Shown piece by piece: positions 1 through 14,300 of a DNA stretch of 64,000 nucleotides. Under the pieces are notes generated by a model. The model was not told the origin of the DNA. It was given only the letters and a program-made list of their open reading frames with translations, and did not search any database. The stretch's first letter is position 1. Every line of letters starts with the position of its first letter. The stretch is from the human T2T-CHM13v2.0 reference genome, Homo sapiens: the NCBI RefSeq assembly GCF_009914755.1, contig NC_060936.1; one strand, written 5' to 3'. The translations under genes were made by a program, and so were the position numbers.

Positions 1-727
1 AATACCCTAGATGCCTTGGTGTGACATACAATGTGCCAGATGGTGGGAAGTATTCCCCATGAAAATTTGGGCGCCTGCCACCATGGTGAAGTTTCTAAGT
101 TGCCAGTGGTCTATGCCACATTAACTCATTCTCTACAAGGTGGAAGTTAAGTTGCTACACCTTACACACCCCTGCCATTGAGAAAAAGACCCTTTAGAGT
201 CTGCAGGCAAAATGCATTCCCACCATTCCTACAGCCTGTACCTGTGATCTCATGGGAAGTTTTCTATAGCCAACTGTATGAGAAAGCTAAAAAAAATTAA
301 GGCTGGTTTACACATTAAAAATAGATTTGCAACAAGTAACAACTACACAACTATAACATAACAACTCCACTCACTGGGGCCCTAGAAGACAGCAGGGGCA
401 GAAACTTGGGCAGTGCACTTCAATGGTAGTGGAGATGACTAGACATATGGACACATACCCATGGATGAATGGATGGTGTCAGTAGATTTCCTGAACAGTC
501 ATACAACATGAAAGGAAACTGACTTGAGGAGTAGTGACAAGGAAGTCAGAGGAAGAGGTAAATGGGAAATCAGCAAAAGACCTCTCGGGTCGTTACTTAG
601 TGCAAATATATTTGTATCTCACATATACACTGCCTTGGCACAGGGCATACACTGCAGAGGAGTCTAAATAATCACATTGACAAGGTGACCTGCTCTGTGG
701 ATGTTGGAAGTCAGGCTGCCTTAATGC

Positions 728-1028
728 TTTTTGTTTTTAGAGACAGGGTCTTGCTCTGGTGCTCAGGTTGGAGTGCAGTGGCATGATTACATCTCAGTGC
801 AGCCTCAAACTCCTGGGCTCAAGCAATCCTCCTACCTCTGCATCCTGAGTAGCTAGGACTATAGGGGCAAGTGCCACCATGCCTGGCCTTTTGTTTTTTT
901 TAAGTTTTTTGTAGAAACGGGATCTTGTCATGTTGCCCAGGCTGGTCTTGAACTCCTGTCCTCAAGCAGTCCTCCCATCTCAGCCTCCCAAAGTACTGGA
1001 TTATGGGCATGAGCCACCATGCCTGGTC
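728..1028 (-). mobile_element. AluJ
   Basis: Dimeric antisense Alu from 'agacagggtcttgctct' to 'gagccaccatgcctggtc', with J-type 'ctcaagcaatcctcc' and decayed CpGs. Confidence 0.9.
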
Positions 1029-1403
1029 AATTATCAGTCCTTTTTAACAACCACCCCACTGTTTGCCCAATAAATTCAAGAACGAGTTGTTCAATGCAGC
1101 TTAAATGGAAATTAGGCAAGAGTTAAACCATATGAGTGTAACCCTTTTCAAGGCTAACCTGGCCAGGAAAGTTGCTAAGTAATGAGTTTGCCAAGAGCTG
1201 AAATGAAAGCTGAGTCGCCAATATGGTACCATTCTCCGGGACATCTGGTGGCAAACTGATTACATTGGATTTTTATGTCATACTAAGGGTACCAATTTGA
1301 AATCACTGAAATAGACACCGTGGGTATGGATTTTCCTTCCCAGTCCCATAATATTCTGTCAGAAACATCGTCCTTGGATTCACTGAATGCCTTACTCATT
1401 ATC

Positions 1404-2065
1404 TGTATTTGTCTGTTCTCACACTGCTATAAAGAACTACCTGAGATTGGGTAATTTATGAAGAAGAGAGGTTTATTTGACTCACAGTTCTGCAGGTTGT
1501 ACAGGAAGCATGGCTGGGAGGCCTTAGGAAACTTGTAATTACGGCAGAAGGTAAAGGGGAAGCAAGCATGTTTTACCATGGTGGAGCAGGAGAGAGAGCA
1601 AAGGGATAAGTGCTACACACTTTTTTTGAGACAGGGTCTTGCTCTGTCCCTCAGGTTGGAGTGTAGGGTTGCGATCTTAGCTCACTGCAACCTCTGCCTC
1701 CTGGGCTGAACCAATGCTCCCACCTCAGCCTCCCCAGAAGCTGGCACTACAGGCAGGCACCACTACACCCAGTTAATTTTTGTAGAGATGGGGTTTTGCC
1801 ATGTTGCCCTGGCTGGTTTCAAACTCCTGGGCTCAAGCAATCTGCCCGCCTTGGCCTCCCAAAGTGCTGAGATTACAGGCATAAGCCACTGCGCCCACCC
1901 ATGCTACACACTTTTAAACAACCAGATCTTGTGAAAACTCATTATCATGAAAACTAGAAGGGAGAAATATGCCCCCATGATCTAATCACCTCCCACTACG
2001 TCCCTCCCTCAACACTGAAATTATAACATGAGTTTTGGGTGGGGACACAGAGTCAAACCATATCA
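1404..2065 (-). mobile_element. MSTA-like MaLR solo LTR inserted in the ERV-L integrase
   Basis: Termini 'tgtatttgtctgttctcacactgctataaag' and 'ggggacacagagtcaaaccatatca'. The internal 'aggttgtacaggaagcatggctgg' is MSTA-like. Integrase sequence resumes after it. Confidence 0.85.
1621..1900 (-). mobile_element. AluJ nested in MSTA
   Basis: Antisense Alu flanked by the target-site duplication (TSD) 'tgctacacactttt' at 1611 and 1902. Confidence 0.9.
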
Positions 2066-3033
2066 CTGTCATTGGATCCCAAATATTGTTTCTGACCAAG
2101 GAACTCATTTGCTGTGAGATTAGTGAGAGGATAAACTAACACTATGAGATTCACTGGTTTTACAAGGTACTCTATCACCTTGAGGTACAGTGAGAACACA
2201 TAGGTCTGGAACCAGTGGAAGAAATAATAGTGGTTTGTTTTACTCTTAGTATCCTAATTCCTGTTCTAACAACTTTGGACTCTTGTTCCTAATGGAGGAA
2301 TTATTCTACCATGGCATAAAACTAAATGTCTATGCAACTAGAAGTTGAGATTGCCATCATAATATGTCATATAAAGGAACTAACAGGCAAATCAGGGGTG
2401 TACTGAACAGTTTGGGGTAAATGATCCTGATTATTAAGGGAAAAGAAGGTCACTGCTACACAGTCGGTGGAATGTGGAAAACTCTTACTGCTTCCATCTA
2501 CCATGGGAGAAATTAAGAGACAACTCTAGCAACTGAATGCAGATAGGATCACCAAAATTTAGGGCACTCCACCAAGGAAAAAACCATAGCACCTTAGGTG
2601 CCAGCTGAGGACATAGAATAATCACCAGAAAGGGAAGTTCTTAATATTAATTATTGCTTTATATCTAGAGGCAGAAATTACTATAGTACTCAGGCATGCT
2701 TTCTTGCTTGATTTGCTGTGAATATATTTGTGTATATTAACCTATGTAATTTTTGATATCAAGTATTTTAGTGGTGGATAACCTGATAGTTTAGCGTTTA
2801 GGTTAAAGTTTATCAAAAAGGATTGTTACCAAACTGAAATTTTACTAATTTGGGTAAAATAACTGATAGAATTTGTGATCTTTTCTTTGTATTGAGAGAG
2901 TAAATTTCTTTTGAATAAGAAATAATTCCAATATGTTAGGTTTTAGACTGTTGCTATTTTTTTTTTTTGGTGTTTGTATGTTTAAATATAGATAGAAAGA
3001 TTTATATGGATGCTAAATGGCCAGATGACTGAC

Positions 3034-3561
3034 TGCTGCATATTATTTCTTTGAGAGAAGCCAACATGCACCCTTATTTCTTTTTCTGGTTGTCCTCAAA
3101 TCACAGTGACTAGAAGCCTAGAAAATACATTACCCAGAATCCTTTGCCAGCAGGTTTCCTGGTTAGAGTTCACCAAGCAGAGGTTACAAAGCCTGAAAGG
3201 TAAACGAAAAGTGGAAACCATTATTCTTTATTCAGTGGGGAGATGTCTTGGGCTTCAACAGATGTGATGCTTTGCAGCTCCTCCGGATCCCCTGGAAATT
3301 GTTCACCAGGTGCTATGGTGAGCTAAGATCCATGGTGAAGGGCTTCCTGTGATTCCTGAAACTTCCTAATCCTCTCACGGCTGGTGATGAAACTGAGTGT
3401 TCTTTATGATCGAGTAATAGCGAGTGTTCTTTATGATTGCTGCTCCTCCAGCCCTTTCTATGCATTTTTAAATCACTAAGTTCACTGTATTAAATTTATG
3501 CTTGCTTTAAATATCAGAGAGTTAAAAACAATTTTTTTCTAATAGAACCCTGACTAACACC
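3034..3561 (+). mobile_element. ERVL LTR (LTR33-like), probable 3' LTR of the upstream provirus
   Basis: Directly follows the ERV-L 3' internal end. Contains 'aaaatacattacccagaatcctttgccagc' and ends 'gtattaaat...gaaccctgactaacac', resembling the LTR33/LTR16 family. Confidence 0.6.
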
Positions 3562-3653
3562 ATGACATTGCTCAAATGAATCCTGAAAATTTTAGATTTG
3601 GCAACACAATTTGATTTAGCCTGCACTTTTTCAAAAAATTGACAGGTCGACTC

Positions 3654-3940
3654 TTTTTTTTTTTTTAATTATACTTTTAGGGTACATGTACACAACGTGC
3701 AGGTTTGTTACATACGTATACATGTGCCATGTTGGTGCGCTGCACCCACTAACTTGTCATTTCTATTAGGTATATCTCCTAATGCTATCCCTCCCCTGTC
3801 CCCCCACCTCACAACAGGCCCCAGTGTGTGATGTTCCCCTTCCTGTGTCCAAGTGTTCTCGTTGTTCAGTTCCCACCTATGAGTGAGAACATGCGCTGTT
3901 TGTTTTTTTGTCCTTGAGATAGTTTGCTGAGAATGATGGT
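3654..3940 (-). mobile_element. L1PA (about L1PA5) 3' UTR fragment, 5'-truncated
   Basis: Poly-T followed by 'ggtacatgtacacaacgtgcaggtttgttac'. TSD ggt(c/t)gactctt at 3645 and 3938. Confidence 0.9.
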
Positions 3941-4034
3941 TGACTCTTAACACACTGAGCGAAATCCTTAAACAGGCTTTACAGGATGGGAAATGAGAGA
4001 ATATGATTGATCATTGAGGAAAATGTAAAATCTA

Positions 4035-4381
4035 TGACACAGTGCATATAGGATGGTGCTTACCTAAGATTATAATGGAATAGAAAAATTCCTATTGCCT
4101 ACCACATCGTAACCATCCTAAGGTTGTGACACAACCTATTACCTTTCTATATTTAGATATACAAATATGTATCATTGTGTTACAATTGTCTACAGTATTC
4201 AGTATAGTCATATACTGTACAGGTTCACAGCCTAGGAGCCATAGGCTATATACCATATGCCCTCAATGTGTAGTAGGCCATATCATATAGGTTTGTGAAA
4301 CTACTACACTCCATGATGTTTGCACAGGCAATGCCTAATGATGCTTTTCTCAAGATGTATCCCTGTCGTTGTCACGCTGTA
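4035..4381. mobile_element. Tigger3-family non-autonomous DNA transposon
   Basis: Contains 'taagattataatggaatagaaaaattcctattgcct' and 'gcctaggagccataggctatatacc', and ends 'gtatccctgtcgtt...ctgta'. Confidence 0.75.
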
Positions 4382-4389
4382 TTTTGAAA

Positions 4390-4630
4390 TAACATTTCTT
4401 GAGTGCTTAGCTTGTGTTAGACTTTGTTCTGAGAACTTTACATGCATTAGTTTATTTGATCCTGACAACAAACCAGTGAGGGAGGCATTAGTATTACTCT
4501 TACTTCATGGATATAAAAACAAAGGTTTAGAGGGGAACTTGTCTGAAATAGCATAGCTTGAAAATGGTGGAAACTACATTCATATCCAGGCATTCTCACT
4601 CCACAGACCTTACTCTTAAGTACTGTAATG
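4390..4630 (-). mobile_element. MIR
   Basis: Degenerate antisense MIR core ('gagtgcttag...tttacatgcattagtttatttgatcctgacaacaaacc'). Confidence 0.65.
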
Positions 4631-4864
4631 TGCTGCTTTGTAATACAATTTTAAAAGGTCAATTCAAAGATACACAATCAATAAAAGTGATTAAAATGAA
4701 TAATGCAGATGAACATAGGTCTTATATAAATCAAAATGTTTTCCGAGGCTTACTGTGTGACATGAATATGCTTCTTTTTGTCTCTTATCTTTTTGTGCAC
4801 TCTTATTTCAACCACTGTTCTGGTTTTGTCTGTCTGCTAAAAAATAGTGATGATGGTTATGTTA

Positions 4865-5015
4865 ATAACTAATATTTATTGAGCAGATATTCGTCAGGCA
4901 CTGTACTAAACACTTCACATATATATTTCATCCATTCTTCACAATAATTGCACTCTTGGCTACACTTTACAGCCTGGAAAGTTGAGGCTTAGGTGATTAG
5001 GTGATTTGTCCATGC
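4865..5015 (-). mobile_element. MIR fragment
   Basis: 'aatatttattgagca...tcaggcactgtactaaacacttcacat...gttgaggcttag'. Confidence 0.65.
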
Positions 5016-6742
5016 AGAAGACAATATAAAATCATAACCCCACCTCCTTGGTGCAGGCCTGTCACTTACTCACCAGGTGACTGCATTTAGGAAGCTGCCA
5101 GTCTGAAGAAAATACATTCATGTTCCTTGGAAAAAGCCCTGATCTCAGAAGGCGTTGATGAAATTCAAATTTAAGCTTCTCTCTCCTTTCTTCTCTCTAT
5201 AAATACCTTTGTGAAAACAAGCTCATGCCCAGGACCTAAATTAAACTAAAGTGTCAAAGGAAACGAGGCCAGTAGCCTACAAGAAAATCTAGTTTCTGCT
5301 TTGTGACTAGTGGATTTTTATAGGACTCTATGCTTCTTGAGAAGAACTCTGGTTTATTTCCTGCAGTTTAAAACTTTTAATCTCTTAGTTTAAAAGAAGA
5401 TAAAACTAACTGGGAAAAGCCGATGCTGCATACATGTAAGGCAGAGTTTTGCAGGTAGCTTGATGTTTGAAGTAACCTGAAGGCATTTATTTGCCTTTTC
5501 ATCACTATCTTTCCCAAGAGATACGAACACCTAATTGGAGCTGGTGAGGGGAGAAAGCCTGGACCTAAGCCCTTTGAGGTTTCAGGCTCCAGAACTCTAA
5601 GAGGAAAAGAGGATTAATAAAGCTTCTTATGTCAGCAGATTGACATACTACACATTACTCTGTGCTTCAATTTGATCTGCATTAAACACATCAGCTGGAG
5701 AACAGCCCTGTATCTGTTAGCTACCAGTCTTAGTGTGATCCAGATTCCATCTTTAGTACACTTCTGAAAATCCTGTTGCTTCTTTCAGAGGCAGTTATCT
5801 GCCAGGTGCTTTGTTATGCGTTCTCATAACACCCTATTAAACTTTGTGGCACTTACCACATTTGTTATATATTTGTAAAACTATCCATTTTATATTTGTC
5901 TTCCTCCTTTGCCTAGAGATTATGTTATATTGTAGATTAGAGAAGTTGACTTTGTTGTAATTGTAAACTAACAATCAAAGGCTGTAAGCTACGAGGTAAA
6001 AAAAAAGGACGAGGAGGGAACACTTTTTAAAGAAGGCAAATCAATAAATGAAGCTTAATGTTTTAGAACTTCAGTGGATACAAGTATGAGCAGAAAAATA
6101 TAAAAATATCCTCAGGTTTAGGGAAGGCTTTGTCAATAATTCTAATTCTACTGACACACGATTATATGGTGTGGGAGCTGTTAAGCCATTGGGTTGAAAC
6201 AAATTTAATTTGGAGACATTTGCTCCATTTAGATTGTTATGGTGTAAAGAATCAAAAATTTTAAGCTTGGAAGAAATTTAAATAATAGTCAAATATTTTA
6301 ATTTTACAGGTGAAGAAGGTAGGTGCTCAAAGTCATACAATTATTAGTTTAAAAGCTGAAATTAAAAGTAGACATATTATCAACATCAGTACCCTTTCCA
6401 ATAAATGGAAGAAATTACTAAGTTTTAAAAATTTACATCAGCCAGTCAATGCCCTCTCTTATAAGCAATAGAAATAGACTGTGGTTTCTTTTAATAGAAA
6501 TAAAATTTACAGAATCATTTTAGGAACTTGTGAAATAAAATCCCTATCAACTAGGCTTTAATTGACTTAACCAAGTGGCAGACTTGGGTCAAAACTCCAC
6601 CAACTTTCTAACTGCAGTAAACTCCCATTCTTACTGGTGATTGCAATGGCAGTGTGGGAAATGGGAATTAACATTGGCTCAGTGTACCAATTCCTTTAAA
6701 GGTCTGAGCAAATCCCTTTCTCCTATTACATCCTATCATAGG

Positions 6743-6927
6743 ATGTAAAATCTGTCATCAATAATTTTATATTGCTTATATGTTGAAATTATAATGATTT
6801 GGGTACATTTCATCCAATAAAATATAAAAGATAATTTTATTTGCTTACTTTTACTTTGTGGCTATTAGAAAATTTAAAATTGCAAGCAAGGCACATATTT
6901 GCAGCTCACATTGTTTCTATTAACAGC
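6743..6927 (+). mobile_element. MER33-like hAT-Charlie element, partial (left arm of an inverted pair)
   Basis: 'gtggctattagaaaatttaaaatt...ttctattaacagc' matches the recalled MER33 3' part. Confidence 0.75.
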
Positions 6928-7655
6928 CTTCGCCAAGGCACAGTAATGTGGGTAACTGGTAAGTCACTCTAGAAGAGCCAATAATTAGACCCAAAATTTG
7001 AGGTAACACACGGAATCATGAATCTCTGGGAGGTGTGTTTATATTGATACCTTCAGCCCAATTTTAAATAATATTACTTCCTCCTTTGTTACATACTTTC
7101 AGAATTTATTTCCATTAATATTTCCACACATTTGCAGACATAAGAACCAAAGTTCTGAAATTCTTTGAGCCTGTGAGTCTATAATTTTGAAACCATGTTG
7201 ATAATGGCTTCAGCAGGAAGTATGAAAACAATGAAAGATGTGCCGTCGTTGGATATGAAAGATACTGTCTTAATTTCCCAGATAACACTCATGTAAGGAA
7301 GTTGCAGTATTTTAAGTAAATGGGAAGGAGTTTCCTTGTCTGGCAATAGAAGGTTAGTGGGATTGAGGAATGAGGGTATTTCAAGTCTTCCAGAACCTCT
7401 CTCATTTACCCGTCTCTTTTGTGTCCTCACTCTTTCTCAGTCAATGCCGTATATCTCATGTAAGAGAATTAGCAAGACCATGATTTCAGTGATATTATAA
7501 TTTGGCAATCAAATTTTGGTATTTGGCTAGTTCAGTACCAATGCTGTAAGAGAAATATTTTGTTTTTTTTAAGTTTTAATTTTTAGTTTTTAAGTACATT
7601 AATAAAAAATACCAGAGTTTCAGACTGGCCCTCACGTTGATGGTTTAGGGAAGTA

Positions 7656-7900
7656 CTGTTAATAGAAACAATATGAGCTGTGAATATGTGCCTTACATGC
7701 AATTTTAAATTTTCTAGTAGCCACAAAGTAAAAGTAAACAAATAAAACTATATTTTATATTTTATTTAATGAAATGTACCCAAAATATAATTTCAACATA
7801 TAAGCAATATAAAATTATTAATGACAGACTTACATGTTATTATACTTAAGCACCAAGTCTTCAATATCACTGGTATATTTAGCCATGTGGGACTAGAGGG
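7656..7900 (-). mobile_element. MER33-like hAT-Charlie element (right arm of an inverted pair)
   Basis: Reverse complement of 6743-6927, continuing to the other MER33 terminus 'agccatgtgggactag...ggacagca'. Confidence 0.75.
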
Positions 7901-8134
7901 TAGGACAGCATGGGTTTCATTCTCTTTCTCTCTAAGCTTTCTGTTATGACTATAAATAGCCACCTGTCTTACAGTCTTGAATTCCTCCTGCATTGTATAC
8001 CTTAGTTGCTAATTGCTAGATTTCCAACTGTTGATAGTTACAGGAGATTTTTATTTCCCTTCAGTACTTTTTAGGCAAGAATCCTCATTTCTCTATCTAC
8101 TGCCTACAGTCTATTCCCAAATACCAATTTCTTC

Positions 8135-8596
8135 ACCAGAGTTTCTGTAGTAAGCAGCAAAGCCAACTCTTGAGAAGTTAAGCAGAAATTGTTTTCTGGA
8201 TGAATAATGATTAGTTCAGAAATTCACAGGAAAGCTAAAGATTCAGTCTGAGAAAATAAGCATGCACCGAAAGGTTAGGCATCAATGAACACAACCAAGG
8301 TCGTGCTAAGGATACCATTCTTGGCACCTCTGCAAGACTCTCTCAATATTGCTATGCTAGAGTCGATTGGACCTGCATCTTTGCATCACCACTTCAAAAT
8401 TCAAAGTTGAAGCTGAAGCACTTCACTGGTCAAGCATCATGATCTGGCAGCCAAGAGAGTCATGGAGATGAGATATCTAGATGCTTCCATTTCTGTACTA
8501 AGAGGTAGAATTTTCTCATTACTTAAATCAGGGGAATTCTTCCCAAATAAGATGGCTGGTAGGATATGAGATAGAAAAAGAAGTCACTCCACTATA
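8135..8596 (-). mobile_element. Ancient MaLR/ERVL-type LTR relic (late MLT1-like)
   Basis: Weak resemblance: 'gccaactcttgagaagttaagcagaaa', 'cactggtcaagc', 'ggggaattcttcccaaa'. Confidence 0.35.
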
Positions 8597-9054
8597 AAAT
8601 CACCCAAGAAATAAACATAGTAGAATAATTATTTCCTTGTTTAAGGCAAATAATTTATAGTGTCATTAATGTGCTCAATAAAAACTAGGGGCCTACTGAC
8701 TTCTTTGAAGAGAGAGTTTATTCTTTTTTGTGATTCAAATTATATTGTCAAATATTTTAAATTTCAAAAAGTAGTATTTCTGGTTTAATAGGTCAAATTT
8801 TAAAAGTCATAATCTTTCCTAAAATAACAAGAGTTAACAGTTTGATGTGATTTTTTTTCCCATTTGTGTGTGTGCGCGCACACACGTGTGTGCCAGAAGT
8901 GATATTTTAGAAGTTTCTCTACCTGAATTGTTTTGAAATGGAAACAAAAATCCATCTATTCTTTTTTTAAAACTGATACTATATTTATCTTAGAAGAGTC
9001 TATAGAAATATAATGATACTATACATCTAATGACAGTGACTGAGATTAAAAAAT

Positions 9055-9110
9055 TTTTGTTTTTTTATTGTGGTAAAAACAATTAACATAAAATTTAACA
9101 TCTTAACAAA
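9055..9110 (-). mobile_element. Old L1MA/MB 3' end fragment that is the target of the young L1 (continues at 11646-11713)
   Basis: 'tttattgtggtaaaaac...catcttaacaaa' joins 'ttttaagtgcacaac...gttgtacagagattctcta'. Confidence 0.6.
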
Positions 9111-11642
<2,532 letters not shown>

Positions 11643-12177
11643 CACCATCTTAACAAAGTTTTAAGTGCACAACATTGTTAGCTAGATGGATGATGTTGTA
11701 CAGAGATTCTCTAATTTTGATGTTGCCAGTCTTAAAGTCCCCAAGAAAAGGAATCGTTCAGTTCTTAGAACTGCTTAAACTGTAAATTAACATTTGTGTT
11801 AATGTCAATGTCACTCTGCTTGGATTTAAAACACATTTTTTATTGCCATTTGTCATGTCATCATTTCAAAGGTTAGAAAAAATGATTTATACTATACTGC
11901 AATCTTTCCCATTTCCATTTTCTCTATGTAATGAAATGTGAAAATGGCAAGACAGTTTAAATGAACTCTGTGGGATCAAGGGACTGTGTAGAACCTTGTC
12001 ACAACCAACCAATAGAGCCTCTTAATCAAGAGGAGTGTATGCAGGACACAACACAGCTGAATTTCAATCCAGGAGCTGGCAGACACAGAGCAACGGAGAA
12101 CTAAGGAAATTTAAAAATGAGTTGTAATCTAATTTTGATTGACTCTAAATGGAGATTGACACAAGGAAAATCAGGTG

Positions 12178-12284
12178 CTGACTGTTCCAGGTTGCCATCT
12201 ATTATTTCTGAGAAAACTCAGAAATTATAATGTATTATTTCTGAGAAAACTCAGAAATAATAGATGGCAACCTGAAACAGTCAG
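12178..12284. repeat. Nested inverted repeat (35-bp arms, 1 mismatch)
   Basis: ctgactgttccaggttgccatctattatttctgag ... ctcagaaataatagatggcaacctgaaacagtcag. Confidence 0.95.
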
Positions 12285-13269
12285 GTTTTAGGCTAATCAA
12301 AAACATTTATTAAAGCTAACAGAGTTTTTGATTAGGACAATATTCTAGTCATAATGTAAAGGTAAGCCTAACTTTACAAAAAAATCAGCTATGATTTCAT
12401 TTGTTCTATTTCCTCCTCCATACATTATAATTAACATTTGTATTAAGTGCCTACTATGAACACATACTGAACACCTAATATGAAGCCATATACCTACATG
12501 ATTAATTCAACTTCCGTATAATGATTTGAAATGCCAGTTTTGTAAATGTGTCCCAGCTGATTATATTGGAAGCAATTTGATGTAATCAGCCAGCTAAGTG
12601 ACTTATCTCCACCTGGCATATTGCTACTTTCTTCACGCTGCATCAGTCACTAGTGCCAAAATGAGCTATGACTCCAGCTGCTCTGGCAATGATGCCCATA
12701 CCTACTCAGTTATAGAGCACTTTGCTTCATTAGACACTGAGGAGCACTTTAAATAGTACAGCAACCAACTATATTTAGGGTCTTTATTTCCCAGAGTATT
12801 ATACATGCCAAAAGATAAGGGGGGAAATCAATAGAGACAGACTGCCTTATATTTTTCCTGCAGAGTATTCTTGGCAATGAGAAGCAAGTCACCATGAGGA
12901 TGACTGAATGAGATACCAGAGCTCAGGGTAAACAGAAGCAACCTATTACTAGCACATCCGATTTTGTTTTCTAGCTTCTAGCATATTTCTACTCGTTACA
13001 GCACATGTTCACCTCATCATTTCACTGATCGTTTAATATCTGCCCTGTGAACATGAATCCCGAGTACTAAGAACTTCATTCGTATTTTCTGTTTCAAGAT
13101 TCTGCTAAATAGTATGCTCTACACAACTGCATACATATTATGAGGGAGTCCAGAAACTCATATAAACTTACTTTTGTTGGCAAATCATGTTAAGTGCTCT
13201 TGAAGCTTACCTGAAAATGTATATATACCTTCTTCTATAATGTCCACTTCATTTTAGGATTTAAAAAAA

Positions 13270-13562
13270 GATTATTCAACAAATATTTACTGAGAACCTA
13301 TTACATTCCAGAAATTCTTCTAGTATCAGTGGTTAGAGCATGAACAAAGTTATATAATATCTCTTATATGAAATTTACATCCAAGTGGGGTGAGGCAGAA
13401 AACCAACAAAATATAAAACATGAGATGGTGATAAGTGCTATGGGCCAAAATAAATCATGCTAGTGGGTAGCGTATATTGGAGGTATACTGTTAAACAAGA
13501 TGGCCAGGGAAGGTCTTGCCAAAAAGGTAACATTTAAACAAAGACCTGAAAGGAGAGAAGGA
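13270..13562 (-). mobile_element. L2 3' fragment
   Basis: 'attcaacaaatatttactgagaacctatt', 'gatggtgataagtgctatgg', 'catttaaacaaagacctgaa'. Confidence 0.7.
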
Positions 13563-13917
13563 TCAAACTTTTTATATACACAATCAAGTCATTAATATGA
13601 AAATAGATGACTGGGTTTATGTGACTGGAGGTGAGCTACATAAAAATGCATTAATGTAGGCATCATGTACATTATTAATTCAATAACCTCTGGGGTAGTT
13701 CTTTTGACAGAAATAATTAGCTTACTCTTAGAAGCAGATTCCACATGGTGCCTGTAAACTATTAATCAAGTAATAATGGGAGGTTAGAATAAAAACTGTG
13801 AAATATGGTGTGTTCAAACTTTTAACCAAACTATAGTGTTGGAACTTAACCAAGCAGAAAGTAGCAACTTTTAGAAGTAATGATATATGATATATGATAG
13901 TTCAAAATATGCATGCA

Positions 13918-13940
13918 ATATATATATATATGTGTGTGTA

Positions 13941-13999
<59 letters not shown>

Positions 14000-14014
14000 T
14001 GAGAGGAGAGAGAG
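13918..14014. repeat. Compound (TA)n(TG)n(GA)n microsatellite at an Alu tail
   Basis: Directly visible. Confidence 0.95.
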
Positions 14015-14300
14015 ACAGGGTGTCACTCTGTTGCCCAGGCAGGGGTATAGAGGCATGGTCATAGCTAGCTGTAACCTCAAACATCTGGTCTCAAGCAGTC
14101 TTCCCACCTCAGCCTCCCAAGTAGTTGGTACTACAGGTGTGCACGACCACACCTGACTAATTTTTATTATTATTATTATTTTTTACAGATAGGGTCTTGC
14201 TTGTTGTCCAGGCTGGATTCGAACTCCTGGCCTCAAGCAATCCTCCTGCCTTGGCCTCCCAAAGTGTTGGGATTACAGGTGTGAGCCACAGCACCAGGCC
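14010..14300 (-). mobile_element. AluJ
   Basis: From 'agacagggtgtcactctgttgcccaggc' to 'gtgagccacagcaccaggcc'. Confidence 0.9.

Larger units (their letters stand above)
1..3033 (+). mobile_element. Decayed ERV-L (class III ERV) internal pol region: RT C-terminus, RNase H, integrase, dUTPase; interrupted by Alu and MSTA
   Basis: Degenerate matches, in the right order, to recalled HERV-L Pol motifs: 'gtgaagtttcta...cagtggt' (VKFLGVQW), 'ggctggttta' (AWFTDGS), 'tggtggcaaactgattacattgga' (WWQVDYIG), 'tctgaccaaggaactcattt' (SDQGTHF), 'gatcctgattat' (DPDY, dUTPase). Many stops and frameshifts; the element runs off the left edge. Confidence 0.85.

Noticed and set aside
7179-7430. ORF inside the inverted MER33 pair as cargo of a composite transposon
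   Set aside because: No recognisable domain, no ATG start, a length expected by chance, and no TSD seen outside the arms.
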